A stretch of 39,458 nucleotides of DNA from a bacterium (GCA_963661625.1 CAVLCM010000001.1:5649-45106); one strand, 5' to 3'; positions 19,126 through 30,259 are shown, numbered from the stretch's first letter. Numbers and translations are program-made. Notes: generated by a model from the letters alone, not told the origin.

Positions 19126-19232
19126 TCAACGCTTTCCAAGCAAACAAATCAAACTCCTTCATCCGGCAACGGGGTAACGAATGACTCTTACCCCGCCCGC
19201 CGGACGGAGATTTCACTTACACAAACCATACA

Positions 19233-19538
19233 ATGAGTCAGAAAATCCGTATCAAGCTGAAAAGCTACGATCACACTCTCGTTGAAAAGTCAGCTGAGAA
19301 GATCGTTAAGAACGTGAAGGCAACAGGTGCCGTAGTAAGCGGTCCTATCCCCCTTCCCACACGCAAGCGCATCATCACTGTGAACCGCTCTACCTTCGTT
19401 AACAAGAAGAGCCGCGAACAGTTTGAGATTTCCTCTTACAAGCGCATCATCGACATCTACAGCTCTACCGCAAAGACTGTAGACGCTCTGATGAAGCTCG
19501 AACTCCCCTGCGGCGTAGAAGTGGAAATCAAGGTATAG
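19233..19538 (+). CDS. rpsJ: 30S ribosomal protein S10
   Basis: [11 protein letters not shown]...GPIPLPT...KKSREQF. Confidence 0.99.
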   Translation: MSQKIRIKLKSYDHTLVEKSAEKIVKNVKATGAVVSGPIPLPTRKRIITVNRSTFVNKKSREQFEISSYKRIIDIYSSTAKTVDALMKLELPCGVEVEIKV

Positions 19539-19563
19539 TACACCCACATTGACCGCAAGCGGT

Positions 19564-19615
19564 TAACCACAAGAAAGCCCCGGCTCGCTTTGAGCTCGGG
19601 GCTTTCTTGTGGTTA
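19564..19615 (+). terminator. Strong hairpin or intrinsic terminator after rpsJ
   Basis: 19-bp perfect inverted repeat TAACCACAAGAAAGCCCCG/CGGGGCTTTCTTGTGGTTA with T-rich 3' arm. Confidence 0.8.
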
Positions 19616-19712
19616 TTGCTGCCTTTACCCAGCGTTTTTCAGCTGTTTCCTGCCCGGAAAAGGGTAATGAATACCAAAATCGGCTGATTTTCAGAAAAAA
19701 GAGGCGACGGTA

Positions 19713-19743
19713 TTTGCCAAGAAATGGAAAAGCGGTATCTTTG
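19713..19743 (+). promoter_or_regulatory. Internal promoter upstream of rplC
   Basis: TTTG (19713-16), N19, TATCTTTG (19736-43): full Bacteroidetes consensus. Confidence 0.85.
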
Positions 19744-19892
19744 CAATCCGAAAGTAGGACACGCAAGATACCTGCTTCTTTTTACGGGGCTGAACGCCCC
19801 AAGGTTAGCAATAACCTATCCGACCCGCGGCAATCATGAAGCCTTGGGCGACGGAACAGAAAACAATTTACATTTTATTTCATAATACTGAA

Positions 19893-20510
19893 ATGCCAGG
19901 ATTATTAGGAAAAAAAATCGGAATGACATCCGTTTTCAGTGCCGAGGGCAAGAATGTGCCATGCACTGTTATCGAGGTAGGTCCTTGCGTTGTGACGCAA
20001 ATTAAGACCGTCGAGAAAGATGGCTATGCAGCCGTTCAGGTTGGTTTCCAGGAAGCTAAGGAGAAGAATACTACTGCTCCTTTGATGGGCCACTTCAAGA
20101 AGGCCGGCGTAACCCCCAAGCGTCATTTGGCAGAATTCAAGGGCTTCGAACAGGAGCTGAATTTGGGCGACACTTTGACAGTGGAACTCTTCAACGACGC
20201 TAGCTTCGTTGACGTGATCGGCACTTCAAAAGGTAAGGGTTTCCAGGGCGTTGTGAAGCGTCACGGTTTCGGCGGTGTAGGCCAGAGCACGCACGGTCAG
20301 GATGACCGTCTGCGCAAGCCGGGTTCTATCGGCGCATGTTCTTACCCTGCCAAGGTATTCAAGGGTCTGCGCATGGGCGGCCAGATGGGCGGCGACCGCG
20401 TAACGACTCAAAACCTCAAAGTGTTAAAGGTAATCCCCGAACACAACCTTCTTCTTATCAAGGGTTCTGTTCCCGGTTGCAAAGGTTCAATCGTAATTAT
20501 CGAGAAGTAA
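19893..20510 (+). CDS. rplC: 50S ribosomal protein L3
   Basis: Start moved to [27 protein letters not shown]. Confidence 0.98.
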   Translation: MPGLLGKKIGMTSVFSAEGKNVPCTVIEVGPCVVTQIKTVEKDGYAAVQVGFQEAKEKNTTAPLMGHFKKAGVTPKRHLAEFKGFEQELNLGDTLTVELFNDASFVDVIGTSKGKGFQGVVKRHGFGGVGQSTHGQDDRLRKPGSIGACSYPAKVFKGLRMGGQMGGDRVTTQNLKVLKVIPEHNLLLIKGSVPGCKGSIVIIEK

Positions 20511-20513
20511 GCA

Positions 20514-21143
20514 ATGGAAGTTAGTGTATTCAATATAAAAGGTGAAGATACCGGTCGCAAGGTAACCCTTAACGACAGCGTATTTGGCATTGAGCCCAAC
20601 GACCACGCTATCTACCTCGATGTAAAGCAGTATCTCGCTGCACAGCGTCAGGGTACGGCAAAGTCGAAAGAAAGAAGTGAAATGAGCGGTTCTACCCGCA
20701 AACTCGGTCGTCAGAAGGGTGGCGGCGGCGCTCGTCGCGGTGATATCAACTCGCCCGTTCTCGTAGGCGGTGCCCGCGTATTCGGTCCCAAACCCCGCGA
20801 TTACAGCTTCAAGTTGAACAAGAAGACAAAGGCTCTCGCTCGTCGCAGCGCACTCTCTTACAAGGTTCAGGAGAACGCACTCGTAGTAGTAGAGGACTTC
20901 GCTTTCGAGGCTCCCAAGACTAAGGCGTTCATCGAAATCGCCAACAACCTGAAGGTAGCTGACCAGAAGACGCTCTTCGTTCTCCCCGAGGCAAACAAGA
21001 ATGTTTACCTGTCGGCACGCAACATCCAGAAGACGAAGGTGGCTATCGCTGCAAACATCAACACTTACGGCGTTCTCGACGCTAAGACGATGGTTGTGAC
21101 GGAAAGCGCACTCCCCCTGATTGAAGCTGTCTTAACAAAGTAA
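20514..21143 (+). CDS. rplD: 50S ribosomal protein L4
   Basis: RQGT...[15 protein letters not shown]...FGPKPRDY. Confidence 0.98.
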   Translation: MEVSVFNIKGEDTGRKVTLNDSVFGIEPNDHAIYLDVKQYLAAQRQGTAKSKERSEMSGSTRKLGRQKGGGGARRGDINSPVLVGGARVFGPKPRDYSFKLNKKTKALARRSALSYKVQENALVVVEDFAFEAPKTKAFIEIANNLKVADQKTLFVLPEANKNVYLSARNIQKTKVAIAANINTYGVLDAKTMVVTESALPLIEAVLTK

Positions 21144-21158
21144 AAATAGCAACAGAAA

Positions 21159-21449
21159 ATGGCATTCATTATCAAACCACTCGTGTCTGAAAAGGCAAAC
21201 GGGCTGACAGATAAGCTGAACCAGTACAGCTTTATCGTGCGTCCTGAAGCTAACAAACTTCAGATTAAGGCAGAAGTTGAAGCTCTGTACAGCGTGAACG
21301 TTGTCAGCGTGAACACAATCAAGTATGCAGGCAAGAACAAGTCTCGCTACACCAAGGCAGGTCTCGTTCACGGCCGCACAAATGCTTTCAAGAAAGCTAT
21401 CGTAACCCTGAAAGAGGGCGAAAATATCGATTTCTACAGCAATATCTAA
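21159..21449 (+). CDS. rplW: 50S ribosomal protein L23
   Basis: IIKPLVSEK...FKKAIVTL; synteny. Confidence 0.97.
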   Translation: MAFIIKPLVSEKANGLTDKLNQYSFIVRPEANKLQIKAEVEALYSVNVVSVNTIKYAGKNKSRYTKAGLVHGRTNAFKKAIVTLKEGENIDFYSNI

Positions 21450-21456
21450 ATAAATA

Positions 21457-22281
21457 ATGGCAGTACGTAAATTTAAGCCCACTACACCGGGGCAGAGACA
21501 CAAAGTTATTGGTACGTTCGAAGAAATTACTGCATCCGTACCAGAAAAATCTCTCGTTTACGGTAAGCGCGTTTCGGGTGGCCGCAACAACACCGGTAAG
21601 ATGACTATGCGTTATCTTGGCGGCGGCCACAAGAGAAAGTTGCGTTTCATCGACTTCAAGCGTGAGAAAGACGGTGTACCCGCAGTCGTAAAGACAATTG
21701 AGTACGATCCTAACCGTTCGGCTCGCATCGCATTGCTCTTCTACGCAGACGGTGAAAAACGTTACATTATTGCTCCTAATGGATTGAAGGTTGGCGACCA
21801 GCTGATGTCGGGCGCAGAAGCTGCTCCCGAAGTAGGCAACGCTCTCCCCTTGCAGAACATCCCCGTGGGTACGGTTATCCACAACATTGAGCTCCGTCCG
21901 GGCCAGGGCGCATTGCTCGTTCGTTCTGCCGGCAACTTTGCGCAGCTCACTTCTCGTGAAGGCAAGTATTGCGTGATCAAATTGCCCTCGGGCGAAACTC
22001 GCCAAATCCTTAGTGCTTGCAAGGCTACTATCGGTAGCGTAGGCAACTCAGACCATGCACTCGAATCTTCTGGTAAGGCAGGTCGCTCACGTTGGATGGG
22101 ACGTCGTCCTCACAACCGTGGTGTGGTTATGAACCCTGTTGATCACCCGATGGGTGGTGGTGAAGGTCGCCAGAGCGGTGGTCACCCGCGTTCACGTACT
22201 GGTTTGTATGCTAAGGGCTTGAAGACAAGAGCTCCTAAGAAGCAGTCGAACAAGTACATTATTGAGAGACGTAAAAAGTAA
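21457..22281 (+). CDS. rplB: 50S ribosomal protein L2
   Basis: [29 protein letters not shown]. Confidence 0.99.
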   Translation: MAVRKFKPTTPGQRHKVIGTFEEITASVPEKSLVYGKRVSGGRNNTGKMTMRYLGGGHKRKLRFIDFKREKDGVPAVVKTIEYDPNRSARIALLFYADGEKRYIIAPNGLKVGDQLMSGAEAAPEVGNALPLQNIPVGTVIHNIELRPGQGALLVRSAGNFAQLTSREGKYCVIKLPSGETRQILSACKATIGSVGNSDHALESSGKAGRSRWMGRRPHNRGVVMNPVDHPMGGGEGRQSGGHPRSRTGLYAKGLKTRAPKKQSNKYIIERRKK

Positions 22282-22306
22282 CAAGCACTAAAACAACGAA
22301 GAATTT

Positions 22307-22576
22307 ATGAGTCGTTCTCTTAAGAAAGGTCCGTACATCGCAGTTTCTCTTGAAAAGAAAGTTCTTGCAATGAACGAAAGCGGCAAGAAAAACGTGGTGA
22401 AGACTTGGGCCAGAGCTTCAATGATTTCCCCCGACTTCGTGGGACACACCATTGCAGTTCACAACGGAAACAAATTCATCCCTGTTTACGTTACTGAAAA
22501 CATGGTTGGCCATAAGCTCGGTGAGTTCGCACCCACCCGCAAGTTTGGCGGTCATGCTGGTAACAAGAAGAAGTAA
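22307..22576 (+). CDS. rpsS: 30S ribosomal protein S19
   Basis: MSRSLKKGP...[13 protein letters not shown]. Confidence 0.99.
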   Translation: MSRSLKKGPYIAVSLEKKVLAMNESGKKNVVKTWARASMISPDFVGHTIAVHNGNKFIPVYVTENMVGHKLGEFAPTRKFGGHAGNKKK

Positions 22577-22618
22577 GCAGGACATTCCAATCCATTGAAA
22601 CAAAAGAATAATTAAATA

Positions 22619-23017
22619 ATGGGAGCAAGAAAAAGAATAGCGGCTAACAACCGAAAGGAAGCCCTGAAGACCCAATATTTTGCAAAGGCGCAGAATGTTC
22701 CTTCTTCACCCCGAAAAATGCGCTACGTGGTAGACATGGTTCGCGGCATGGAGGTGAACCGCGCTCTCGGCACTCTCAAGTTCTCAAAGAAGGCTGCATC
22801 GGCAGTAGTTGAAAAGCTGCTCCTCTCGGCCATCGCTAACTGGGAACAGAAGAATGACCGCAAAGCCGAAGATGGCGAATTGTACATAACTAAAATCTTT
22901 GTTGACGAGGGTGTAACGCTCAAGCGTATGCGTCCGGCTCCTCAAGGTCGCGGTTACAGAATTCGTAAACGTTCAAACCACGTGACTATTTTCGTGGGTA
23001 CAAAAACAAATGATTAA
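22619..23017 (+). CDS. rplV: 50S ribosomal protein L22
   Basis: SPRKMR...SAIAN...[16 protein letters not shown]. Confidence 0.98.
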   Translation: MGARKRIAANNRKEALKTQYFAKAQNVPSSPRKMRYVVDMVRGMEVNRALGTLKFSKKAASAVVEKLLLSAIANWEQKNDRKAEDGELYITKIFVDEGVTLKRMRPAPQGRGYRIRKRSNHVTIFVGTKTND

Positions 23018-23022
23018 TCGAT

Positions 23023-23748
23023 ATGGGACAAAAAGTAAATCCGATAAGTAACCGACTTGGTATTATTCGCGGTTGGGATTCTAATTGGTTCGGCGGTCGT
23101 AATTTTGGTGACAACCTTCTTGAAGACAGCAAAATCCGTAAGTATCTCGACGCACGCCTCGCTAAGGCAAGCGTATCTCGTATCGTTATCGAACGCACTC
23201 CGAAGCTCATCACCATCACTGTTTGCACAGCTCGTCCGGGTATCATCATCGGTAAGGGCGGCGCAGAGGTTGACAAGCTGAAGGAAGAGTTGAAGAAGAT
23301 CACTGACAAGGATGTTCAGATCAACATCTTCGAAGTGAAGAAGCCCGACCTCGACGCTAACATCGTAGGCAAGAGCATCGCCCGCCAGGTGGAGGGCAAG
23401 ATCGCTTACCGTCGCGCTATCAAGATGGCCATCGCCAACGCTATGCGCATGGGTGCTGAGGGCATCAAGGTGCAGATCTGCGGCCGTCTGAACGGTGCCG
23501 AAATGGCACGCAAGGAAATGTTCAAGGAAGGACGTACTCCCCTGCACACTCTCCGCGCCGACATTGACTACTGCCAGTGCGAGGCTCTCACTAAGGTAGG
23601 TCTGCTCGGTATCAAGGTTTGGATCTGCCGTGGCGAAGTTTACGGCAAGCGCGACCTCGCTCCTAACTTCAACCAGGAGAAGGATGCACGCGGCAATGGC
23701 AACTTCAACGGTCGCCGTTTCCGTAACAAGAGAAACAACAATCGCTAA
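23023..23748 (+). CDS. rpsC: 30S ribosomal protein S3
   Basis: MGQKVNP...[10 protein letters not shown]...[11 protein letters not shown]. Confidence 0.99.
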   Translation: MGQKVNPISNRLGIIRGWDSNWFGGRNFGDNLLEDSKIRKYLDARLAKASVSRIVIERTPKLITITVCTARPGIIIGKGGAEVDKLKEELKKITDKDVQINIFEVKKPDLDANIVGKSIARQVEGKIAYRRAIKMAIANAMRMGAEGIKVQICGRLNGAEMARKEMFKEGRTPLHTLRADIDYCQCEALTKVGLLGIKVWICRGEVYGKRDLAPNFNQEKDARGNGNFNGRRFRNKRNNNR

Positions 23749-23773
23749 TCAGAGATTATTCAGTTAGAGTATT

Positions 23774-24199
23774 ATGTTACAGCCAAAAAGAACAAAATAC
23801 AGAAGACCGCAAAAAGGCCGTTGCAAAGGCAACGCTCAGCGTGGCAACCAACTCGCTTTTGGTAGCTTCGGCATTAAGAGCCTTGACACGCACTGGCTTA
23901 CCGGTCGCCAAATTGAAGCCGCCCGTATCGCAATGACTCGTTACATGCAGCGTGAGGGTCAGAGCTGGATCCGCATCTTCCCGGACAAACCCATTACAAA
24001 GAAGCCTGCTGACGTGCGTATGGGTAAGGGTAAGGGTGATCCCGTGGGCTATGTGTTCCCCATCACTCCGGGCCGCATCATTTTCGAAATCGAAGGTGTA
24101 CCTTTCGAAGTAGCTAAGGAAGCTCTCCGCCTCGCAGCGCAGAAACTCCCCGTTACCACTAAATTCGTTGTAAGACACGATTACGACAAAAACGCTTAA
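23774..24199 (+). CDS. rplP: 50S ribosomal protein L16
   Basis: [10 protein letters not shown]...RIFPDKP...VRMGKGKG. Confidence 0.99.
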   Translation: MLQPKRTKYRRPQKGRCKGNAQRGNQLAFGSFGIKSLDTHWLTGRQIEAARIAMTRYMQREGQSWIRIFPDKPITKKPADVRMGKGKGDPVGYVFPITPGRIIFEIEGVPFEVAKEALRLAAQKLPVTTKFVVRHDYDKNA

Positions 24200-24201
24200 T
24201 C

Positions 24202-24399
24202 ATGAAGATTTCAGAAATACGTCAAATTCCTGCAGCTGAACTTTCGCAGCGTATCGAAGAAGAGGTTGCAAAGTACAATCAGCTGGTGCTTAACCACAGC
24301 ATCTCTCCTCTGGAAAATCCTTCGCAGATTAAGGAACAGCGCCGTACTATCGCGCGTTTGAAGACAGTGTTGAGAGAAATTGAGCTTAACAACAAGTAA
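24202..24399 (+). CDS. rpmC: 50S ribosomal protein L29
   Basis: LENPSQIK...RRTIARLKT; synteny. Confidence 0.96.
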   Translation: MKISEIRQIPAAELSQRIEEEVAKYNQLVLNHSISPLENPSQIKEQRRTIARLKTVLREIELNNK

Positions 24400-24401
24400 T
24401 A

Positions 24402-24668
24402 ATGGTCCAGATGGAAGCTAGAAACTTAAGAAAAACAAGACAGGGTGTCGTGATTAGCAACAAGATGGACAAAACCATTGTTGTAGCTGCTAAGTTCAAG
24501 GAAAAGCACCCCATTTATGGTAAATTCATCTCTAAGACGAAGAAGTATCACGCTCACGACGAGAAGAACGATTGCAACATCGGTGATACCGTGCTCATCA
24601 TGGAAACTCGTCCCTTGAGCAAGACTAAGCGTTGGAGAGTTGTTGAAATTGTAGAAAGAGCTAAATAA
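24402..24668 (+). CDS. rpsQ: 30S ribosomal protein S17 (start may be 24411)
   Basis: [14 protein letters not shown]...[11 protein letters not shown]. Confidence 0.97.
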   Translation: MVQMEARNLRKTRQGVVISNKMDKTIVVAAKFKEKHPIYGKFISKTKKYHAHDEKNDCNIGDTVLIMETRPLSKTKRWRVVEIVERAK

Positions 24669-24670
24669 TT

Positions 24671-25036
24671 ATGATACAAGCAGAATCAAGATTGACTGTT
24701 GCCGATAACAGCGGTGCTCGCGAAGCTCTCTGCATCCGTGTTCTCGGTGGCACGAAGCGTCGCTACGCTTCTGTCGGTGATGTGATTGTCGTTTCTGTAA
24801 AGAACGTCATCCCGTCAAGTGATATTAAGAAAGGTGCCGTATCAAAGGCTTTGATCGTACGTACTAAGAAAGAAATCCGTCGTGCTGACGGTTCCTACAT
24901 CCGTTTTGATGACAACGCTTGCGTGTTGCTCAACAATGCAGGCGAACTGAGGGGTAGTCGTATCTTCGGTCCTGTGGCTCGTGAACTCCGCGCTGTCAAC
25001 ATGAAGGTCGTGTCTTTGGCACCTGAAGTACTTTAA
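24671..25036 (+). CDS. rplN: 50S ribosomal protein L14
   Basis: VADNSGA...IRFDDNA...[10 protein letters not shown]. Confidence 0.99.
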   Translation: MIQAESRLTVADNSGAREALCIRVLGGTKRRYASVGDVIVVSVKNVIPSSDIKKGAVSKALIVRTKKEIRRADGSYIRFDDNACVLLNNAGELRGSRIFGPVARELRAVNMKVVSLAPEVL

Positions 25037-25056
25037 TCCAGATTACACAGAAAGTA

Positions 25057-25377
25057 ATGAGTAAGTTACATATCAAAAAAGGCGACACCGTCTATGTAAA
25101 CGCCGGTGAGGACAAAGGCAAAACAGGAAAGGTGATCAAGGTTCTCGTTGAGAAGCAGCGCGCTATCGTTGAGGGCTTGAACATCGTTTCGAAAAGCCAA
25201 AAGCCCAGCGCCAAGAATCCTCAGGGCGGCATCGTAAAGATGGAAGCTCCTATTCACATTTCTAACCTGAACGTAGTTGACCCCAAGACTGGTAAGCCTA
25301 CTCGTATCGGTCGCCGTAAGAACGATGAGGGCAAGTTGGTACGTTTCGCTAAAAAATCAGGAGAGGAGATTAAGTAA
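25057..25377 (+). CDS. rplX: 50S ribosomal protein L24
   Basis: KOW motif KKGDTV...[18 protein letters not shown]. Confidence 0.98.
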   Translation: MSKLHIKKGDTVYVNAGEDKGKTGKVIKVLVEKQRAIVEGLNIVSKSQKPSAKNPQGGIVKMEAPIHISNLNVVDPKTGKPTRIGRRKNDEGKLVRFAKKSGEEIK

Positions 25378-25931
25378 TGAGTAATACAGCACAACTTAAG
25401 AAAGAATATGCAGAGCGTATTGCCCCTGCTCTCATGAAGCAGTTCAACTACTCTTCGTCAATGCAGATCCCCGTGTTGAAGAAGATTGTGATCAACCAGG
25501 GCTTGGGTATCGCTACCGCTGACAAGAAAATCATCGACGTTGCTATCAACGAACTCTCTGCCATCACAGGTCAGAAGGCTGTTGCTACGGTTTCCAAGAA
25601 GGACGTTGCAAACTTCAAGCTTCGTAAGAAGATGCCTATCGGCGTAATGGTTACTCTCCGTCGCGAGCGTATGTATGAGTTCTTGGAGAAACTGGTTCGC
25701 GTGGCTCTGCCCCGTATCCGCGACTTCAAGGGTATTGAAAGCAAGTTCGATGGCCGTGGCAACTACACGCTCGGTATTCAGGAGCAGATCATCTTCCCTG
25801 AAATCAACATCGACACTATCGATCGCATCCTCGGTATGAACATCACTTTCGTTACATCAGCTCCGACTGACGAAGAGGGTTATGCTCTGCTCAAGGAATT
25901 CGGTCTTCCTTTTAAAAACGCTAAAAACTAA
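25377..25931 (+). CDS. rplE: 50S ribosomal protein L5
   Basis: KIVINQGLG...LPRIRDFKG...[10 protein letters not shown]. Confidence 0.99.
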   Translation: MSNTAQLKKEYAERIAPALMKQFNYSSSMQIPVLKKIVINQGLGIATADKKIIDVAINELSAITGQKAVATVSKKDVANFKLRKKMPIGVMVTLRRERMYEFLEKLVRVALPRIRDFKGIESKFDGRGNYTLGIQEQIIFPEINIDTIDRILGMNITFVTSAPTDEEGYALLKEFGLPFKNAKN

Positions 25932-25940
25932 TTCGAAACT

Positions 25941-26243
25941 ATGGCAAAAGAGTCAATGAAAGCACGCGAGGTAAAGCGTGCCAAGCTCGTCGCTAAGTAT
26001 GCCGCCAAACGTGCAGCTCTTAAGGAAATTGTCAATAAGTCGAATGATCCCGTTGAAGCTTACGAGGCTGCTCGCAAGCTCCAGAAGATCCCTCGCAACG
26101 CCAATCCTATCCGTCTGCACAACCGTTGCAAGATTACGGGTCGTCCCAAGGGCTATATCCGCCTCTTCGGTCTCTCTCGTATTCAGTTCCGCGAGATGGC
26201 GTCAAGCGGTCTTATCCCGGGCGTAAAGAAAGCAAGCTGGTAA
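25941..26243 (+). CDS. rpsN: 30S ribosomal protein S14 (long, zinc-ribbon-lacking form)
   Basis: [10 protein letters not shown]...[11 protein letters not shown]...IPGVKKASW. Confidence 0.98.
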   Translation: MAKESMKAREVKRAKLVAKYAAKRAALKEIVNKSNDPVEAYEAARKLQKIPRNANPIRLHNRCKITGRPKGYIRLFGLSRIQFREMASSGLIPGVKKASW

Positions 26244-26387
26244 TCTAAGTCCAGCATCCTTATGCGAGTCTTGCTGGGCGATGGCGCACAGCCGCTAAGT
26301 TCAGCTCGCTCGCTTGCGTTAGCAAACCAACTAATTCATTATTTAATATTGTCGGGGACTCCCCGATTAATTAAACAATCCAAACAA

Positions 26388-26783
26388 ATGACTGATCCTA
26401 TAGCAGATTACCTTACGCGTTTGCGTAATGCTATCCAGGCAAAGCACCGCGTGGTGGAAGTGCCTGCGTCAAATTTGAAGAAGGATATCACTAAGATCCT
26501 CTTCGATCAGGGTTACATCCTTAACTACAAGTTTGAGGAAGAAGGTCCTCAGGGAACTATCAAGATTGCTCTCAAGTACAATCCTCAGACTAAGGTGAAC
26601 GCTATCAAGAAGCTCACTCGCATTTCTAAGCCTGGTATGCGTAAGTACACTGGCTATCGCGAGATGCCCCGTGTTATCAACGGTCTTGGTATCGCTATCA
26701 TCTCTACTTCTAAGGGTGTGATGACAAACAAGGCTGCCGCAGACTTGAAGATCGGCGGCGAAGTTCTTTGCTACGTATATTAA
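26388..26783 (+). CDS. rpsH: 30S ribosomal protein S8
   Basis: Start moved to MTDPIADYLTRLRNA; GLGIAIISTSKG. Confidence 0.98.
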   Translation: MTDPIADYLTRLRNAIQAKHRVVEVPASNLKKDITKILFDQGYILNYKFEEEGPQGTIKIALKYNPQTKVNAIKKLTRISKPGMRKYTGYREMPRVINGLGIAIISTSKGVMTNKAAADLKIGGEVLCYVY

Positions 26784-26798
26784 TTTAGGAGGAACAAA

Positions 26799-27368
26799 AT
26801 GTCTAGAATAGGTAAATTGCCGATTAACATCCCTGCAGGTGTAACTGTTACCCTGAAGGATAATGTAGTGTCCGTAAAAGGACCGAAGGGTGAGCTCAGC
26901 CAGGCTGTTGATCCTTCCATCATCGTCACAATCGAAAACAACGAAGTGACCTTCGCCATTGACGAAGCGAACGACACTGTTGAAACAAAGCAGAAGCAGG
27001 CTTTCCATGGCTTGTACCGCGCTCTTGTAAACAACATGGTTGTTGGTGTTTCTGAGGGTTATAAGAAGGAAATGGAACTCGTAGGTGTAGGTTACCGTGT
27101 ATCTAATCAGGGGAATCTCGTGGAGTTCGCTCTGGGTTACACTCACAGCATCTTCCTTCAGCTCCCCCCCGAAATCAAGGTTGAGACGAAGTCCGAAAGA
27201 AACAAAAACCCGTATATCGCCCTCGAGTCTGCCGACAAGCAGCTCCTCGGTCTTGTATGCGCTAAAATCCGTTCTTTCCGCAAACCTGAACCTTACAAGG
27301 GCAAGGGTATCCTCTATGTAGGCGAACAGATCCGTCGCAAGTCTGGTAAGTCTGCTGGTGCTAAGTAA
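26799..27368 (+). CDS. rplF: 50S ribosomal protein L6
   Basis: MSRIGKLPI...PEPYKGKGI. Confidence 0.99.
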   Translation: MSRIGKLPINIPAGVTVTLKDNVVSVKGPKGELSQAVDPSIIVTIENNEVTFAIDEANDTVETKQKQAFHGLYRALVNNMVVGVSEGYKKEMELVGVGYRVSNQGNLVEFALGYTHSIFLQLPPEIKVETKSERNKNPYIALESADKQLLGLVCAKIRSFRKPEPYKGKGILYVGEQIRRKSGKSAGAK

Positions 27369-27385
27369 TTTAAATCTGTAAGATT

Positions 27386-27730
27386 ATGACTACGAAAAAA
27401 GAACAAAGACGCGTAAAAATCAAATATCGGGTTCGTAATAAGATCTCTGGCACTGCCGCTCGTCCTCGTTTGACGGTGTTCCGCAGCAACAAGCAGATCT
27501 ACGTTCAAGTTATCAACGACGAGACTTCTTCTACTCTCGTATCGGCTTCTTCACTGGGCTTCGAAGCAATGCCCAAGAAAGAGCAGGCTGCCAAGGTTGG
27601 TGAGGCTGTTGCCGCAAAGGCTATTGCAGCCGGCATCACAGAGGTAGTGTTCGACCGTAACGGTTACCTCTACCATGGCCGTGTTAAGGAAGTTGCAGAT
27701 GGTGCCCGCAAAGGCGGACTTAAATTCTAA
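27386..27730 (+). CDS. rplR: 50S ribosomal protein L18
   Basis: [11 protein letters not shown]...[12 protein letters not shown]. Confidence 0.99.
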   Translation: MTTKKEQRRVKIKYRVRNKISGTAARPRLTVFRSNKQIYVQVINDETSSTLVSASSLGFEAMPKKEQAAKVGEAVAAKAIAAGITEVVFDRNGYLYHGRVKEVADGARKGGLKF

Positions 27731-27737
27731 TTAGATT

Positions 27738-28244
27738 ATGGCAAACAGAGTAAACGTAAACGCAGAAGAATTAAAGGATAGACTCGTTGCTATCAATCGT
27801 GTTGTCAAAGTAACCAAGGGTGGCCGCACGTTCACTTTCGCCGCAATCGTTGTGGTAGGTGACGGCAAGGGTGTCATCGGTTACGGCCTGGGCAAGGCTG
27901 GCGAAGTTACCGCCGCCATCGCTAAGGGCGTAGAGGCAGCTAAGAAGAATTTGATCAAGGTCCCCGTTCTGAAGGGTACTGTCCCCCATGAACAAGCAGC
28001 TCGTTTCGGTGGCGCTGACGTGCTTATCCGTCCTGCTTCTGAGGGTACTGGTGTTGTGGCCGGCGGCGCAATGCGTGCCGTGTTTGAGAGTGTCGGTGTC
28101 AAGAACGTTCTTGCCAAATCAAAGGGTTCTTCCAATCCTCACAATCTCGTAAAGGCCACTATCTTGGCTTTGAGTGAAATGCGTGATGCACGCACGGTGG
28201 CTCAGCACCGCGGTGTGTCTTTGGAAAAAGTATTCAGAGGATAA
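27738..28244 (+). CDS. rpsE: 30S ribosomal protein S5
   Basis: [12 protein letters not shown]...GTGVVAGG. Confidence 0.99.
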   Translation: MANRVNVNAEELKDRLVAINRVVKVTKGGRTFTFAAIVVVGDGKGVIGYGLGKAGEVTAAIAKGVEAAKKNLIKVPVLKGTVPHEQAARFGGADVLIRPASEGTGVVAGGAMRAVFESVGVKNVLAKSKGSSNPHNLVKATILALSEMRDARTVAQHRGVSLEKVFRG

Positions 28245-28250
28245 TTTTAT

Positions 28251-28427
28251 ATGGCAACGATTAAGATACAACAGACGAAGAGCCGTATCGGTGCTCCCAA
28301 GGATCAAAAGCGCACACTCGATGCGCTGGGCCTTACCAAGTTGAACCACATTGTGGAAAAGGAGGACTCTCCTATCATCCGCGGCATGATTCGCAAGGTA
28401 CACCACTTAGTAACGGTTGTAGAATAA
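28251..28427 (+). CDS. rpmD: 50S ribosomal protein L30 (58 aa, absent from the ORF track)
   Basis: Translated by hand: [58 protein letters not shown]. Confidence 0.97.
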   Translation: MATIKIQQTKSRIGAPKDQKRTLDALGLTKLNHIVEKEDSPIIRGMIRKVHHLVTVVE

Positions 28428-28447
28428 TTCTCAAATAAAGAAGTCTC

Positions 28448-28894
28448 ATGAAATTACATACATTGAAACCAGCTAATGGTGCAACTCATTCTTGCAAGCG
28501 TGTAGGTCGCGGTGCCGGTTCTGGCATGGGCGGTACTTCTACCCGCGGTCACAAGGGTGCTAAGCAGCGTTCTGGTTATAGCAAGAAGATTGGTTTCGAA
28601 GGTGGTCAGATGCCTTTGCAGCGTCGTCTTCCCAAATTTGGTTTTAAGAATATCAATCGCATCGAGTACAAGGCTGTCAACCTGTCTACTCTTCAGGCTT
28701 TGGCTGAAGCCAAGAGCTATGAGAAGATCGGCATCGACGAACTCCGTGCGGCTGGCATCATTTCTTCAAAGCAGTTGGTGAAGATTCTTGGCAATGGTGA
28801 ACTCAAAGCTAAATTGGCTGTTGAAGCTCACGCATTCTCAAAGTCAGCCGAAGCAGCTATCACAGCAGCCGGCGGCACCGCTACAAAAATCTAA
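28448..28894 (+). CDS. rplO: 50S ribosomal protein L15
   Basis: [11 protein letters not shown]...[18 protein letters not shown]. Confidence 0.99.
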   Translation: MKLHTLKPANGATHSCKRVGRGAGSGMGGTSTRGHKGAKQRSGYSKKIGFEGGQMPLQRRLPKFGFKNINRIEYKAVNLSTLQALAEAKSYEKIGIDELRAAGIISSKQLVKILGNGELKAKLAVEAHAFSKSAEAAITAAGGTATKI

Positions 28895-28909
28895 TCAATC
28901 ATTACTTCG

Positions 28910-30259
28910 ATGAAAAAAATAATCGAGACCATCAAGAACATTTGGAGAATTGAGGACTTGCGCACGCGTCTCCTCATCACGATTCTCTTCGTAGCTATAT
29001 ACCGCTTCGGTTCGTTCGTGGTTCTCCCTGGCATTGACCCTGCTCGCTTGCAGGCTCTTCAGGCTCAGACGAACGAAGGATTGATGTCCTTGTTGAATAT
29101 GTTCTCGGGTGGTGCCTTCTCGAATGCTTCGGTGTTCGCCTTGGGTATCATGCCTTACATATCTGCATCGATTGTTATCCAGCTCCTTGCAATCGCGGTG
29201 CCTTACTTCCAGAAGATGCAGCGCGAGGGCGAGAGTGGTCGTAGAAAAATCAATCAGTACACTCGTTGGCTGACAATTGCAATTCTGCTCTTCCAGGCTC
29301 CGACGTATCTGATTAACCTTAAAGCTCAGACCGCTGGTTCAGGGGCTTTCTTGGTTGGAGACGGTTTTTGGTTCATGTTCTCGTCTACGATTATTCTTGC
29401 GGCAGGTAGTATGTTTATCCTGTGGCTTGGTGAAAGAATCACGGACAAAGGTGTTGGCAACGGCGTTTCGCTGATCATTATGATTGGTATCATCGCCCGC
29501 ATGCCGAGTGCGTTTGTTGCCGAGTTCGTCACGGCTTTCAGCGGTGCTGAGGGCGGCGGCTTGATAAAGTTCCTCTTCGAGATTATTGCCCTTCTCTTCG
29601 TGATGGCTTTGGCTATCATGTTGGTAAAGGCTACTCGCAAGGTACCTGTTCAGTACGCTCAGCGTATTGAGGGCAACCGTGCGGTAGGCGGAGCTCGCCA
29701 GTACATCCCCTTGAAGCTTTTTGCTGCCAACGTGATGCCTATCATCTTCGCACAGGCTATCATGTTTATCCCCCTGACTCTCGCTCAGACTGTTTCCAAG
29801 GACGGAGGCAGTTGGGCTATGACCCAGTTCTTGGATCATACGAGTGTCCTTTACAATGTGGTATTTGTAATTCTGATTGTAGCATTCACTTACTTCTATA
29901 CAGCTATCACGCTCAACCCCGTTCAGATGGCCGAGGATATGAAACGCAACAACGGTTTCATCCCTGGCGTTAAACCGGGCAAGCCGACAGCTGACTACTT
30001 GGACGATGTAATGTCGCGCATCACCTTCCCTGGGTCGCTCTTCATTGCGCTGATTGCCATCCTCCCCGCTTTTGCTGGTCTGTTTGGCGTTAAGCAGGAT
30101 TTCGCCCAGTTCTTTGGAGGTACGTCGTTGCTGATCCTCGTAGGTGTTGTTCTTGACACTCTGCAGCAGATTGAAAGCCACCTTTTGGTGCGCCACTATG
30201 ACGGACTGCTCAATTCAGGACATGTTCGCACGCGTTCAACGAAGGTAGCTGCCTATTAA
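28910..30259 (+). CDS. secY: Preprotein translocase subunit SecY
   Basis: Multi-TM protein; ALGIMPYISASI, GVGNGVSL, FIPGVKPG, GGTSLLI. Confidence 0.99.
   Translation: MKKIIETIKNIWRIEDLRTRLLITILFVAIYRFGSFVVLPGIDPARLQALQAQTNEGLMSLLNMFSGGAFSNASVFALGIMPYISASIVIQLLAIAVPYFQKMQREGESGRRKINQYTRWLTIAILLFQAPTYLINLKAQTAGSGAFLVGDGFWFMFSSTIILAAGSMFILWLGERITDKGVGNGVSLIIMIGIIARMPSAFVAEFVTAFSGAEGGGLIKFLFEIIALLFVMALAIMLVKATRKVPVQYAQRIEGNRAVGGARQYIPLKLFAANVMPIIFAQAIMFIPLTLAQTVSKDGGSWAMTQFLDHTSVLYNVVFVILIVAFTYFYTAITLNPVQMAEDMKRNNGFIPGVKPGKPTADYLDDVMSRITFPGSLFIALIAILPAFAGLFGVKQDFAQFFGGTSLLILVGVVLDTLQQIESHLLVRHYDGLLNSGHVRTRSTKVAAY

Noticed and set aside
19126..19232. Absence of tuf here (and of adk after secY) as a novelty
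   Set aside because: This is the usual Bacteroidetes gene order.
19836..19892. N-terminal extensions of L3 (and of S8 at 26262-26387)
   Set aside because: Longest-ORF artefacts; the conserved N-termini begin at 19893 and 26388.
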